Of a DNA stretch of 64,000 bases, positions 39,001-52,417 are shown piece by piece; within the stretch, counting starts at the first letter, position 1; every line of letters starts with the position of its first letter. The stretch lies in assembly GCA_046563655.1 (NCBI GenBank), contig CM102284.1, forward strand, positions 4,960,001 to 5,024,000, given 5' to 3'. The notes beneath the pieces are model-generated. The model did no database searches and was not told the DNA's origin. It saw only the letters and a list, made by a program, of their open reading frames with translations. Source of the DNA: Yuukianura sp. NJ FZ-2021 (lineage: Eukaryota). The translations under genes were made by a program, and so were the position numbers.

Positions 39001-42000
39001 ATGTTCTCAGTTTTTACAATGAAAGCGAGTGCTTCCGTTTACGCTCCGTCGGAGAATGAATTTCGGCATTTGTCTGGGTCTGTAATCAACGCTCTTGGAA
39101 ATATTGCCATGCATGTCAAGGGGGAAGAGACCATGAACGATTTTTTGGTCAGACTTCTCGAGTTATTTGTACAGTTGGGACTGGAAGGTAAACGAGCTGC
39201 CGAGAAATCTCCAGCGACAATCAAGGTAAGAGGAAACGGAAAACTGTAAATTGTAAGATTTGAATTTAAAAATTATCTTTTCTTGTGTTTGTTTTAGGCA
39301 TCAGCGTCTGCAGGAAACTTGGGAACGCTGATTCCCGTGATAGCGTTGCTATTACGAAGAATGCGACTTTTGGAGAACGTAAAGCCAAGGCTTCACAAAC
39401 TATTTAGAGATTTCTGGCTGTACTGCATCATCATGGGTTTTACGGAGAACAAGAGTGGGTTTTGGCCAGTAGAATGGTATGAAGGAGTCAGGGAAATCGC
39501 TGCGAAGAGTCCTCGACTTCTATCCAAGACGAGTCTTCGTTCGGAAATGAGAGAGCTTCAATACACTTCTGCACTGAAATCAGACTCCGTGTCCACCGTG
39601 AGTTTGTTAAAAATGTGTATTTTTTTGGGAAAATTTTTCTAAATGTTGACTTTTTTTTTATTTCAGACTGAACTGCAGGAGATAAAAAACAAAATTACGA
39701 CAGTTCTGGAAAATCCGGTTGAGCTCACTTCTATCATCAAGGCCCTCCCGTTCCAGCAGTGTTCTTATGTTTTGTCTGTCTACTGGCTGGAAATCTTTCG
39801 AATTCAAACAGTGAAGAAACCAAGTCTAAAGATAATTTTCGAATATCTTTGCGAACCGTCTATTCAGAAGGATAAATTGGGACTTTGGGATTGCATTTCA
39901 TGGTAAGAGTTGCAAAATACCTTGGACCGTGGACACAGCGTTTCAAAAAGTTTGAATTTTGTTTCAGCGTTGCCGACAAGATCTTGCTAAAGTTTTTGGA
40001 AGTTATGAATGCGAGAGACAGAAGTCACGGAGAACGGGAACTGGAGCTGGAAGAGCATGCGCAATTTTTACTAGTCAGATTCAATCACATTCATAGACAA
40101 ATCCGGAAAGTTGCTGACAAGTTTCTCTCGGGATTGGTTGACAAGTAAGGAAATTTGTACTTTATTAACCATGAGTTTTATTAACTCACTAGTATTTGAA
40201 CTGCGTTTTAAAATTTAAACAGGTTTCCTAATCTTCTTTGGAGTCGAACAGTGCTCTTCACTATGCTTGATGTCTTACAAGTTCTCTCGCTTAGCTTGAC
40301 TCTGGATCCAAACGCTGATAATTCACCGCTAGAAATTCCTAACACGCCGTACTCTTTGCAATTGATTGACAATTTAGAAGGAAGAGAGGTAAAAATGAGA
40401 AGCTAATTTACTAGTAAACTGGAAATAACAAGTTTTTTTTTGTTTCAGACAATCGTTCGAGATTTTGAAGTTCGATGTTCCAGTTTTCTGAAGGAAGCTT
40501 TGAAATGGACTCCTTTGGCGACTCGTTCGCATCTTCAGGAATATCTTGGACAATGTTCTGGACCAATGAATAAGCATGCTGGAATGGCAATGGCTTGTCA
40601 AACTTTGATCAATTGTACTTCTCCAGATGGAAACAATGGTTTAACTGTAAAGGTTTTCGAGATTTATTTTGATGTCATTGGCGACATAACGATTGTTACT
40701 TTTTATAGGAAGCACGGTTGGCTAAATTCATGTCTTCGCTGATGAGCCGAGCAAGGTATCAAGGACAAGTCCAAGGACTGTTGGAGACTGAAACAAAGGA
40801 AAGTCTCACAATTAAATTGATCAACACTCTGAAGGAAAAAGACGAAGCAAAGATCTCCCCAGAGATGTACATGGAAACGCTGTGGATAACAACGGCTATG
40901 ATCATTTCTGCCGAAGGTAAGCTAAAAAACGAAAAACTAAAAAAAAATCCTTTCAAAAAATTGAATTGACTGAATTCTAGGACTTCCTCGTCAACTCCTT
41001 CGCGCTCTCTGTACATCTCCGCTTCATCGATTTTCAGTCTCTTTTATGTCAGTCTGTATTGAATGCTGGCAGTGGATTTTATCTGCCAGAAGGGACTTGA
41101 TGCTGCCGTTGGTACAAGAAGTATTAACATCATGGGAGGTTTGAAAAATGTTTACATAAAAGTTTGTTATACTTAAATTAACATTACTTCTGCATTATGA
41201 TTTTTAGATGTCAATAGAACGCCGAATGGGAATGTTTGAGCAGGATAAGGCCGACCAAGGATCAAATACTGACGATCACAATTCAAAGCGCGTGAGACCC
41301 AATGTAATTCCACATACACGTTGGGTTGAATTCATTTGCGAACTTATTGAGAATTGCAAGTACGGAAATCATGATGTCGTAGAAATGTTTGTTTATCATT
41401 TCCACCGAATCCTGCCACTATCATCGGTTGGAGTGAAGAGCTTTATGACTCGACACGTTGAAGGGATTCGTGCTCGTTTCCTGTTACTCTCCTGTGCAAT
41501 TTCGCTTATTCAAACTGATAGCCTCGGATGGAGCACATTCCGAAAAAATATGCTGCGTGAAAGGATTTACACTTCAGCGCTTGACTACTTCTGCCAAGGT
41601 TACATTCCGCCTACACAGAAACCTCATGTTCTTCGAAAAGATTTGGAAGTGGTGCTCAAATTTTGGCATCTTCTCCACAATGATAAGAAGTATATCAGGC
41701 CACTTCCGACCACCGCAAATGGCAAGGAGGTGACTATGAATGGAAACGGGAAAGTCAAAAATCGATTGCCCAAGGCAACTTCGGCGACTTTTGTAAGCCT
41801 AAATTAATTCTCCATGTCATTACTTGGGAAAAAAAAAGGAATTTTTCCCAAGAGAAGTTTGAAAAACGAATTGAATTTTGATACCAATTTTGTTTTTTAG
41901 AGAGATTCGACCGCGATGACGATGAGTGGAAGCGAGATTCGTTTCGGAGACGGCTGGATGTACACGATTCATCGCAAACCGGTGAATCCCATGAAGAAAA

Positions 42001-44469
42001 GAGCAGAAAAAATGGAAGTGGACACCGTGAAAGAATTCACACGAAAGCGATATTTGCTGTTGGAACTTGTGGCACAGGAGGTATTTTTTTTCACCCTACT
42101 TTGTAATTGTGGAAGCGATTTTGAAATCAATTATTTCTCTATTTTCAGATGGACATTTTGACAACATGGCTAAATCCCTTGGGATCACCTGAGCTAACGT
42201 TACCTGCTGAAACGACAATCAATACTTGGCGGCAAATGAAACTTACAGAGAAAACTTGGAGAGACTCCGTCAACTTGGCGTGGGACATTAGCCCAACTTT
42301 GGCAATCTACTTACCCCGTCGCTTGAAAAGTGCAGAATCTACTTCAATTGTTACTGGAGAATTGTCCAAGCTTGTGCGACTTTGGCCTGAAGCCGTGATG
42401 CACATTCCAGAAGCTGTAGCTTTTCTGGCTACTCCTGACGCTGTTTTGAATGACTCTCCTGATGTGAGTTTAATTACGATTTTTTAAGAGAATTTGTTCT
42501 TAACTTTTTTTTTCAATTTTGAATTTTCTTTTGCAGCTCTGCAATATGCTTCAATGGGCACTATGTTCTCCAGCTCGCAGTCTCTCGTTCTTCAGTCGTC
42601 AAAGTCCCAGTCATCCAATCACGGCACAGTATGCAATTCGAAGCTTGGGATCACATTCTACTGATGCCATGCTGTTCTACATTCCGCAACTTGTTCAAGC
42701 GATTAGACATGATGACATGGGTGAGATTTCAAACCTTTTTCTAATAGAATTTGTTGTTTACCAACTAAAATTGTTTGTCTTTACAGGTTACATGGCCGAA
42801 TTTATCAAGAGAATGAGCAAAAAGTCACAACTAATTGCACATCAACTTATTTGGAACATGCAAACGAACGTTTTTCTGGACGAAGAGGGCCACAACAAAG
42901 ACCGTAAGCATCATTTTCATTCAAGCACATTTTTGAGATGACTAAAAAAAACTTTGTGTTCTTTGTAGCTCAAATCGGAGATACTTTGGAAAACTTGATC
43001 TCATCAATCGTTTGTTCGCTGTCAGGAAACGAAAAGAGTTTCTACGAAAGGGAATTCGCCTTCTTCAAAGAAATTACTGGAATTTCTGGAGAAATCCGAA
43101 AGTTTCCAAAAGGAATAGAGAGGAAGGAAGCTTGTTTGAGGGAATTGGCGAAAGTTAAAGTGAAACCAGGGTGCTATTTGCCATCAAATCCAGAAGCACT
43201 TGTAGTTGACATTGACTATAAGAGTGGAACACCGATGCAGTCAGCAGCTAAAGCTCCGTTCCTGACACGGTTCAAAGTAGAGCAGTGTGGAATTCATCAT
43301 GTGGAGGCAGTGGGGCTTGGAAATCACAAAAGAGATGACGAGCCTCCTGCTAGCCTTGGTCCTGAACACTGGCAAGCTGCGATTTTTAAAGTTGGGGATG
43401 ATGTGAGACAGGATATGCTGGCGCTGCAACTTATTTCGCTCATGAAAACGATATTTGAGAAAGCCAACTTGGACATGTACCTGTTTCCGTATCGAGTCGT
43501 GGCTACTTCCCCCGGGGTAAGTTCTGACATTTCTCGAAGTTTAATAAAACTTTGAATTATGAATTTCTGCTATAGTTCTGAATTTTGTTTTTGCAGAATG
43601 GCGTAATTGAGTGCGTTCCAAATAGTAAATCGAGAGATCAGCTTGGACGATCCATTGACGTGGGTCTTTATGAGTACTTTCTCCAGCAGTATGGAAACGA
43701 AGACACGAGTGCATTCCAGGATGCTAGAAGGAAATTTATCAAATCGATGGCTGCGTACTCCGTTGTTGGCTTCTTACTTCAAATCAAGGATCGTCATAAC
43801 GGAAACATAATGATAGACACCGAAGGACATATTATACACATTGGTAAGGAATAACTCAATTTTGTTCACTTTTTAATTGAAAATTAGCTTATGTTAACTA
43901 GTCAAATAATTCAAGCCATTGTTGTTACAGATTTTGGGTTTATGTTCGAGAGTTCTCCTGGAGGAAACTTGGGCTTTGAACCGGATATAAAATTAACACA
44001 GGAAATGGTAAGCAGACGTAAACAATAAAAGTAATTATAATTGAAAATATGATTAATTGAAAATTGATCCTTGTATTACAAGTTGATGATTATGGGAGGA
44101 GGCATCAATGCTGCACCATTCAAGTATTTTATGCATCTTTGTGTCCAAGGATACCTGGCAGTTCGGTAAGAAAATGAACAAACGACGGTAGAATTTTTGG
44201 ATGGAAGATTACTTGTTCTGAGCATTGATTTTTTGAATTGTAGACCTTACTGCGAGTCAATCGTGTCCTTGGTTTCTTTGATGCTGGACACTGGATTACC
44301 ATGTTTCAGAGGTCAAACGATTCGTGAACTCCGGAATAGATTTTCACTCCAAACGTCAGAAAGGGACGCTGCAACATACATGATGAGTATTATCAACAAC
44401 TCCTGTCTTTCCTTCAGGACTAAAACGTATGACATACTGCAATTTTACCAAAATCAAATACCTTACTAA
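36088..44469 (+). CDS. PI4KA: Phosphatidylinositol 4-kinase III alpha (many short exons)
   Basis: [70 protein letters not shown]...HIDFG, C-terminal QFYQNQIPY. Confidence 0.97.
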
Positions 44470-44556
44470 AGGTGCAGATTCAGCTGTAAACTTGTAAGTG
44501 ACGATACACCAAAAATTTAAAGAAACGCTGACGTCCAGAGTCTGGTAGTTTAGTTA

Positions 44557-47500
44557 TTAGTTTGACGCACGAAATAAATCATCCAGTCCTTCACTCCAGT
44601 CAATGAGGTGTGTCGGAAAGTCCTTTTCAAGCAGAAGTGAGAACTCCAGAACTTCGTCCAGTGTTATGTCGCCTAAAATGTCAAGGTCCAAGGAGTTTTC
44701 CATATGCTCCAAGGACTCAATTCCATTGGCCTCTGGAAGAATTAGGTTGCAGGTCTGTGTGCTTGCCGTTTTGCGAATTTTCTTGGGTGGTTCGCAGCAA
44801 TCAGCGAAGTCCAAATCTTTAGTACCCTGCTGGAAAGTAAACAAAAAAAAAGCATGTCAATTACACTTGCTTTTATTGCTACAACTTAGACGCCATTTAA
44901 AAATTAAATGTAATCTTCCATGGTGTTTAAACGGAAGTTAGCTACGCATCTCATGCAGAACTTTTAAGCGGCGTGAAGAAGTATCAAGAAAGAAAATGAT
45001 AATTTTAAAGAAAATTTTAATTTCCAGTAACAAAATCACCTTTGAAAATAAAATAATAACAGGTTCCTCGCGTTTTTAGTTTACAAATTTTGTTATCCGT
45101 TGATTTAAAATTTCAAAACTGAATTTAAAATTCCTGAATTGCATGGATTGTTTGAAAACCAATTTTGAAACTGTGCTTTTTGCAAAATTTTTGCACTAAA
45201 TGCTGTCACCACCAAGCGATCCGGCTGGAAAGATGGAAAACAAATGGAATTATTTTTGCTCATTTTTATGTAGAAAAATTATTGAGGTCATTCTAGATCC
45301 AGTCGTGAAAGAATTAGCAATTAAAAGCATTTCATTCCTGACTTATGAATTTTGAAAGTTTTTTTACTTTTTGGAAATTGATTTTCTATTCTGAAGTTGT
45401 GGTTCCTCTGAAAAACTGACCGAAGCTATGCGGAGATTAGGCGACTCAAAAAGGTTCCTCTCCTTCCTCAACTTTTTTCCCTCCGGTGGCCTCCCCATAC
45501 AAAAAGCACACAAGAGCAAAAGACCTATCTCGCCTCTTCGCTTCGTATGATCCCCTGTCTACTTTTCTGCTCTCCCAAAGGCCTCCCATGTAAAAGACTC
45601 TTTAGAAACTTGAACTTGGAGCTCACGCTCATTTCCACGGCTAGTACATTTCTACTACTCAAGTCCATCGATAGTACATCGCCCGCATCTATCTCCTTTG
45701 CAAATATCAGTACACTTAATTTCGCATAAAAATTTGCAAACAATCTTACATTTAAAATGTTTTCAAATTTCGAAATAAAAAACGTTTGCACTGTATGTCT
45801 TTTCTGCTTTCTAAGAAGATCCTTATCCGAAAAAGAATTTAAAATCTTGCGAAACAGACGCACAGTTAATAATTTTGTCCCGTTTTAGAAAATTTGAAAA
45901 AATTCAATCTTGCAACGTTTCTGCTACTCCGTCACTCGACTCAACTTGCAAAACATCTTTTCGCATAACGTACTGCGAAATTTTTGCAAATAACGCCCAA
46001 ATTTTTACGAAGATATTTTGTCAAAAATCAACCTAATTCTTGGTTGCGGTTTTTTGTGCTAAAATATTGTTAAGATCATTCTGCGTTTGAAATTAGTTTG
46101 ATAACACATTCCATTCCTGAGATATGAATTTTTTTAAGTTTTTGAAATTGTTGAATTTTTGGAAAGAGATTTAACATTATGAGGGAGGAGGCTTCTCTGA
46201 AAACTGACCTGAGCTATGCGGGTATTAGGCGAACCAAAAAGGCTCCTCTCATTTCTCAACTTTTTTGCCGCTGGCGGCGGCCTTCCCATACAAAAACCAA
46301 AGTAGGGGAAGCCCTTTTGGCTTTGTATAATCCCCTATCTAAAATCGATGAAATTCACTTCGGACACTTCGCAATTTCTCAAAATCACAAAATTCCAAAA
46401 ATTTCAACTTTCTTCCAATTTCTTCGCATCCATCGACCGGTTGAAGTTGCAGAACAGGATTTCGCATACTTTAGCGCAAAAAATTTGCACAAAGCGTAGT
46501 TTCAATTTTTTTTTTTTTTTGAAAAAATTCGTGGAATTTCTTGCTTCTGAAGTTTAAATCAACAGACAACAAAATTCTTAAGTTAAAAACGTTAGGAACT
46601 TGTTATTATTTTTATTTCAAAGGTCATTTTGTTGCTGAGCAATTAAATTTTCTTGAAAATTACTAATTTTTGCTCTTGCTATTTCTCGACGCCCTGAAAA
46701 AGTTTTTTTGGTGTTGTATGGAGATTTTCCTTTTAAATAGCATAGAGGAACACATTTAATTTTTAAGTGGCGTTTAACTTGTAGCAATAAAAATCTCAGA
46801 TTCTTTATAGAATTTCGAAACTCCGTCATAGCGAAATTAATTTGAAAACGTGTGCCCATATTTTATTCAAACCACTTCGGTCGCCTAGCGTTGCAACAAA
46901 AGCAGTTTGAAAGGAAACGTCTACTTTAAGGACTTTCTGAGAAACTCATTTGGCAAATTTCGAGGGTGCATTATTTGCAAAGAAATTTGAACCAAATTAG
47001 GTGAAAAGATTTTTTGGAACTAGAGTCGAGAGATGGAGTCAAATCGCTGGAAGATTAAGAAGTTTTCAAAATGGGAACAAATTATGAATTTTGGCTCAAG
47101 ATTATATGGAGCAAAGGGTTTGTTTTTGAAATTTCAAAACATTTCGAAGCTAAGATTGTCAATTTTTATGCGAAATTAAGTGTAAGGACATTTGCAAACA
47201 AGATGCGGGAGATGTAATACCTATCTGTGAACTTAAATAGTAGAAATGCGAGCTCCACCAACTTAAAGTTTTGAAAATTAGGAAATATGACAATATTTTT
47301 ATCGTTATTTTCAACCTTGTTAGCCTTGTTTTCGGCAGCATCGTTCAGAGTAGTGTCAGGTTCAAGCGTCTCTAAATTTTTGCAGCTCTCATCTTTGTCT
47401 TTCGCGACTGGAGTCAGATCTTCGCCATCTTCAAGTTTAACCGTCTCAAGAGGCCGGAAAATGCTGTTCGAAATCTTTTGTTGTTGACCTTTATCTTGCT

Positions 47501-47872
47501 GGACAACAAATCTACTGCTTGGTACCAACGTGACGCTAGGTTTTCCTTTAACCCTAGGCAGTTTCTCCATTAAATACTTTGGTCTTTGACTTCTCGGACC
47601 AACAAAATGACGGTTGATGTGCATCTTTCCGTTTTCTGGAAAAGAGAGATGAGAGATTTTAGTATTTGACAATCAACAACGGAATTTTAATGTTACAAAA
47701 AACAGTACCAACCTTGCAGAACAACGATAACATTGGTGTGCTGAGTCAAATAATGACCTTCCGCTTCTGGATAACTGAAGTGTCGTGCTTTGCAGATATG
47801 ACAGTTGAAGAGGTTCAAATTTGCAGGAAAACGGGAAATGTCAGAAATTTTGTACACAACTAAATCGGTCAT
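44557..47872 (-). CDS. Protein with single N-terminal C2H2 zinc finger and acidic C-terminus (exons ~47872-47713, 47635-47316, 44829-44557)
   Basis: MTDLVVY...FNCHICKARHFSYPEAEGHYLTQH (C-x2-C-x12-H-x4-H); phase-compatible junctions. The link to the last exon across the transposon-containing intron is inferred. Confidence 0.65.
44871..46792. mobile_element. Non-autonomous element with ~240-bp degenerate terminal inverted repeats (foldback-like)
   Basis: 44871-45110 is the reverse complement of ~46554-46792 (ttttattgctacaa.tta.acgcca.ttaaaaattaaatgt...caaaat.acctttgaaa.taaaaataataacaag). Two internal copies of the ~280-bp core (~45330-45605, ~46105-46340). No TSD seen. Confidence 0.8.
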
Positions 47873-47975
47873 AGTGATTAGCCAATCAACCTGAGAATAA
47901 AGCTAAAACTGTGTCACTGGAAAAATACTGAAAAAAAGTCCAGAAAAATAAAAATAGTTTATTTTTCTTAACGTT

Positions 47976-49397
47976 TTAGTAGGCTCCAGATTCTGACACG
48001 ACGACTGGCAAGTCTTCGTCGTCTTCCTGCTCTTCAAACTCCCACTCAAACTTGGCGTGCAAAAAGTTCTGGAACCGTTGAGCCTTTCCTTGAAGACGGG
48101 AGTCAACATTTCCAGTTTCACGAATGTTGTCAAAGAGGCGTTTGAGACAGGAGTAGATAAAGTTATTCTGTGTCACGATGTCAGTAAACAAATCAGACTG
48201 TACTTCATCCATTTGGAAGTAAAGGTCGGATAGGAAGTCCACGTACAGTGCTGGATACTTGTCAATTGCAGCGTAGGAATTGCAAATAAGCTTGATGAGG
48301 GCTTTCCACTGCTCAAAGGAGTTGTAGTTTTGTGCCACCAAGAAACAGACAAATGCAAATTGAAGTTCTCCAAGTAACTCTGTGACTCTGCTTGGACAAA
48401 ACGAGACATCAATTAGAGTTAACGTAAAATCGTAAGCAAAAAAAAAAACTTACCCTCCAGCAAGTTGAATGACAACTTCGAGCTTGAGACTCCAGTCCAT
48501 GTTTTGTCGAGTAACGTCAGAGGCTGATGTACTGGCATCATAAAGGTGAGTAGGAATCTCGGTATATCTTATTCTGCAGGATTCTAATTCAGACATATGT
48601 GGAAGTAAAGATTCTGCAATCTCTAACTTGGTCATTCGTTTTGACGAGTGGGCAACTGGTACGGACTGATCAGAATCTAGAGTTAATTCAGGAGCGGAGC
48701 ATATACGACCTCCAATAGGTGAGAGGCGAGTAGCTGTACTGTCTAGACAAAAATCCAAACAAACTTAGCATCACTGTTCATCAATTGTCAATTGAAATCA
48801 ATTGCTCACTTCGACTTAAAGAATCAACGAAGTTACCCGTTATTTTGTTAGATAAAGAAACCCACTTCCTCCAAGACGAGTACGGGTATGCTCCCAGATA
48901 TCTGTCCAGCTCCTTGATGTTCAGTTTCAGCGCTAACAAGTCTTCGTCGGATTGTTCTAAAAATAAAAAGCACAACGTACATAACACTGTTTTACAAATA
49001 AATCTTGTCACGAGCGAGATTTCATACCTGCAATCGATATGTCTTCAGTCTTCTTGTCATACTTCTTGCATATAATTTCACCTTTCTTGAAATGATGGAA
49101 AAACCCGGTTCGCGGCGACTGTGACAAAAATCCATCTTTACTCACTGTGCTGAAATTAAGCAATAGTAGCGTTACTCATTGATAGATTGATTAAGAGCAT
49201 TTAAGTAATTATTGTTTAGCAAACCTAAAATGTATAAAATGAAGGCCAGGAGGAATCATCTTGATTCCTTTAAATTTTTCTCCAGTATTCCACGACTCCA
49301 TGTCAATTCCAACTTCTGTTCCAACCGGAACGTCCAGGAAGACCAGAGTTCCTCCTTCTTCGAACAAACGCAAACTTATTTCCGGTGGGATATCCAT
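47976..49397 (-). CDS. AAR2: AAR2 splicing factor homolog (U5 snRNP assembly)
   Basis: VPVGTEVGID..GEKFKGIKMIPPGLHFIHF, LDRYLGAYPY..W..LS..IT, LLGELQFAFVCFL..FEQWK, C-terminal EDDEDLPVVV. Confidence 0.95.
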
Positions 49398-50646
49398 CAG
49401 CTATTAATTAAAAATAATTTGTAATTAGCAAATTGTACTTAACGTAATTTCAGAAAATTGGATTCGCCTTGCTACACTGACCTGACACTCGACTCGAGTG
49501 GACGTGATGACCTTACGTGTTAACAAAAACAAATGATTGTACAAGAATAGTAAAATTAAAATTAGCAAGATCAAAAAGTTCTTGATTAACTTGATTAAAA
49601 TAAGATAAAGTAAAAGCAGGAACAGCTGATTTTTATTTTTGGTTGGATCTTCGAAACAACTTTCAGTATTTTTTTCCCATTTGCTTACCTCCACGCCGCA
49701 TAAAATATTTAATTTCTCACTCTATGCTTTCTGCATCTCAAAACCTGCAAAGAAGAGGAATATTTTTTACCTGGCGCTGAAGCAATTAAAATTTCAATAT
49801 CTTTTTTGACGTTTACAATACAATGCCTTCTTCGTTTAAAATGTACAATTATACAATTACGAATTTAAAAATTTTGGCTTACGTTAGAAATTTTGAAAGA
49901 CTGCATTAGATTGTGTTTACAATTTTTTTCATTTGGTATTGCAAGAAAATTAACTCTTTTTGTGATTAATATTTTACAGTTTCCTATTAAACAAAAAATT
50001 AAAATTGAGTTTGGATCTTCTTTAAGTTGAATAAAGTCATACATGATTTAATTCACATGACTGTTCTAAAAATTTAATTCAATTCACCCTATTTGAACCG
50101 TAAAACTTTTAAAATACTGAATCCTTAGCGAAATTTGAAATTTTAACACTGATTTTAAACGAACGCTTTCATCGTTTTGTTCCAAAGCCATGTGAAATAT
50201 TTAATTTAGCCAGCATCACGCTTCATAAATTTTAAAAACCAAGAAGATACTTTATAATTTTCGTAGAAATTAAAATTTCAGTTTTTCATTTTAGCATTTA
50301 AGTTTCTTGTAACTAAACTAATCTTAAAATGTGCAACTAAAAATTTAAAACGAGCTCCATGGACAAATGCAGAACTTACATTCGGATTCCAGGCTAAGAT
50401 TTTTGTGAAAACTGAAATGAGACTTTTTCTTATTCCGAAGTGTCTTTGCAGAATTCTTCGTAAAATTGAATTATTGTGAACACTAAAAATTTTAAATGTG
50501 TTTCACATTGTGTCGCTACCCAGAATTGCTATGGAAAGTAATTTATAATCCTTTTGTTTAAGATGTTGCAAGCAAAAAAATTAACTTTTTTGCGTTCTAC
50601 GAAGCTGCATGCGCACGTTTCTGTTTGTATCAACCGGAGACAAAAA

Positions 50647-51224
50647 ATGGACACGGCTGGCCAGTTTTTAAGAAAAGCTGCTATCGCTGCAACCGTGGTG
50701 GTGCTGCTGTTGACCTGGGTCACGATGGTACTGGGAGTTAAGCATGTGACGTACGAAGAATCCTGTGGTGGAAATGATACTTGCGACAGAAACAAAGGAC
50801 TGTTCTGTGACGTGGACAAGAAAGTGTGTCTCTGCTCCGAAGGTGCGTCATGGATTAGAGATTTTGGAGCTGAATACCACTGCCGGGTCAAGGCGGGTAA
50901 GAAATGCGGCCGATCGTTGATGTCTCCGAAATGCGAAGGAGGTCTTCATTGTGAGCCTGTCAAGGAAGGTAAAGTTGACATTGCATCTTTGCTTTTTAGA
51001 ATCGTCAAGAATGCTAAGGTCAATCTACTAAATTTGACCTTGACCGCATAGGTGACCTGGCTGAAACGGTGTGTAAGTGTCCACCAGAACAAGACTGCAT
51101 AGAGCTAAGAAGTGCCGGTCCTGGGGCTAATGGAACTGCTGGTAACTACGCAACGAACTACGTTCCGGATGCAACGACTTTTCGGGGATTGGTGTGCTTT
51201 TGGCTTATCCTTGCCCAGTTTTAA
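50647..51224 (+). CDS. Small Cys-rich secreted, probably GPI-anchored protein (2 exons: 50647-50968, 51052-51224)
   Basis: Hydrophobic signal segment, 12 Cys in EGF/EB-like spacing, small-residue linker and hydrophobic C-terminal tail. Confidence 0.75.
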
Positions 51225-51713
51225 ATTGTAATGTCAACTCCAACCTGTAAATCATTTTTGTTATGTCACTTCATTGATTGTTTGATCAAAAACTAAATTA
51301 ACAAGTCAAGTTTTAAATTGACCAGGGTCACTTGTCAATGATTTTTGTTTTTGAAAATAAAACACAACCTTAAAAATATTTGACAGTTTAGTAGATAAAA
51401 ACTAAAGTATAATTAAGTTTAGTTTTGGATGATCATCCACCTTGGTCGCCGGCGTGTGATTTGAAGTATGAATATTTGCAATAAACTTTTCAAATCAGAG
51501 GTGCAAGCAAATAAAGATAATCAGGGGTTACGTAGTAACCTGACGCATTATGTACATCTGATCAGTATTTCCAGTGATAACTTTGTCAATTGTCGGTGTC
51601 GAAGGTTCCAGCGATATCACAGTAAAAAGTCTGCTCAACGCGAACTTCACAGCGAACGTAGGTTTTGTTCTGACCTCTACAAGCGAATTTTTGTTGTTCT
51701 AAATCCATCCACA

Positions 51714-52417
51714 ATGCCGTACATCACATTGGTGTAAGTTTTGAGTAAAATTCGGAATTTGACTTACGATCTTCTACCACAAAGTTAGTAGCACAAAACA
51801 GTGTGCGGAATTTTTCAAAAACGTTTTTCAAAATTTCAGAATGTCCTGTGACAAGGAAGAAGATCCCGGTTTTCTGCGATTTCGGATTGGAGGGCTCTCT
51901 CTTTCTCAAACCAAAAGTTCTGGACCACTGCAGTCACTTTTTGAAAAGGCAAAGGTCACGGATTTTCTGGGATCTCACACTGTTTGGCTCAGAATAGCAA
52001 ACTTGGGCGAAGAGAGTGGTAAAAATTTGAAACGGAATTTACAAGAATTTCGAATTTCAGGAGCTGAATTTTCAAAATTTTGAACTTTTTTAATTTTGGG
52101 CTATAGCTCCCAGTCTAATTGGAATGCGGCAAGAACCGGCTATGGAAGCCGTTGTTCCGTTTTTCAATCAATTTGAAGAATGGGGATATTCATTGGTTGG
52201 AAATTCACCGCAGTTGAGTACTGCTGCAAGTCCGAATGGTCTGGACGTGGAGGCCATGACCTGTACTTGGATATTCCATAAGTCAAGTAAGCCGGAACCA
52301 GTTGCAACTGGAGGTGTGAGCAGCAGTACTTCCAATACTAATGCCAACCCATATGGTTCTCCAACTGCTGTTAAAAGATCTTCGTCAAAAATGAAAATAC
52401 CTAATCCGGACTACTAG
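51714..52417 (+). CDS. GFRP (GTP cyclohydrolase I feedback regulator)-fold-like protein, divergent (exons ~51714-51733, 51840-52018, 52106-52417)
   Basis: Starts MPYITLV; later FFNQFEEWGYSLVG...TCTWIFHK parallels GFRP MPYLLI...VLDKLE..GFRV...LVWCLHK. Confidence 0.55.
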
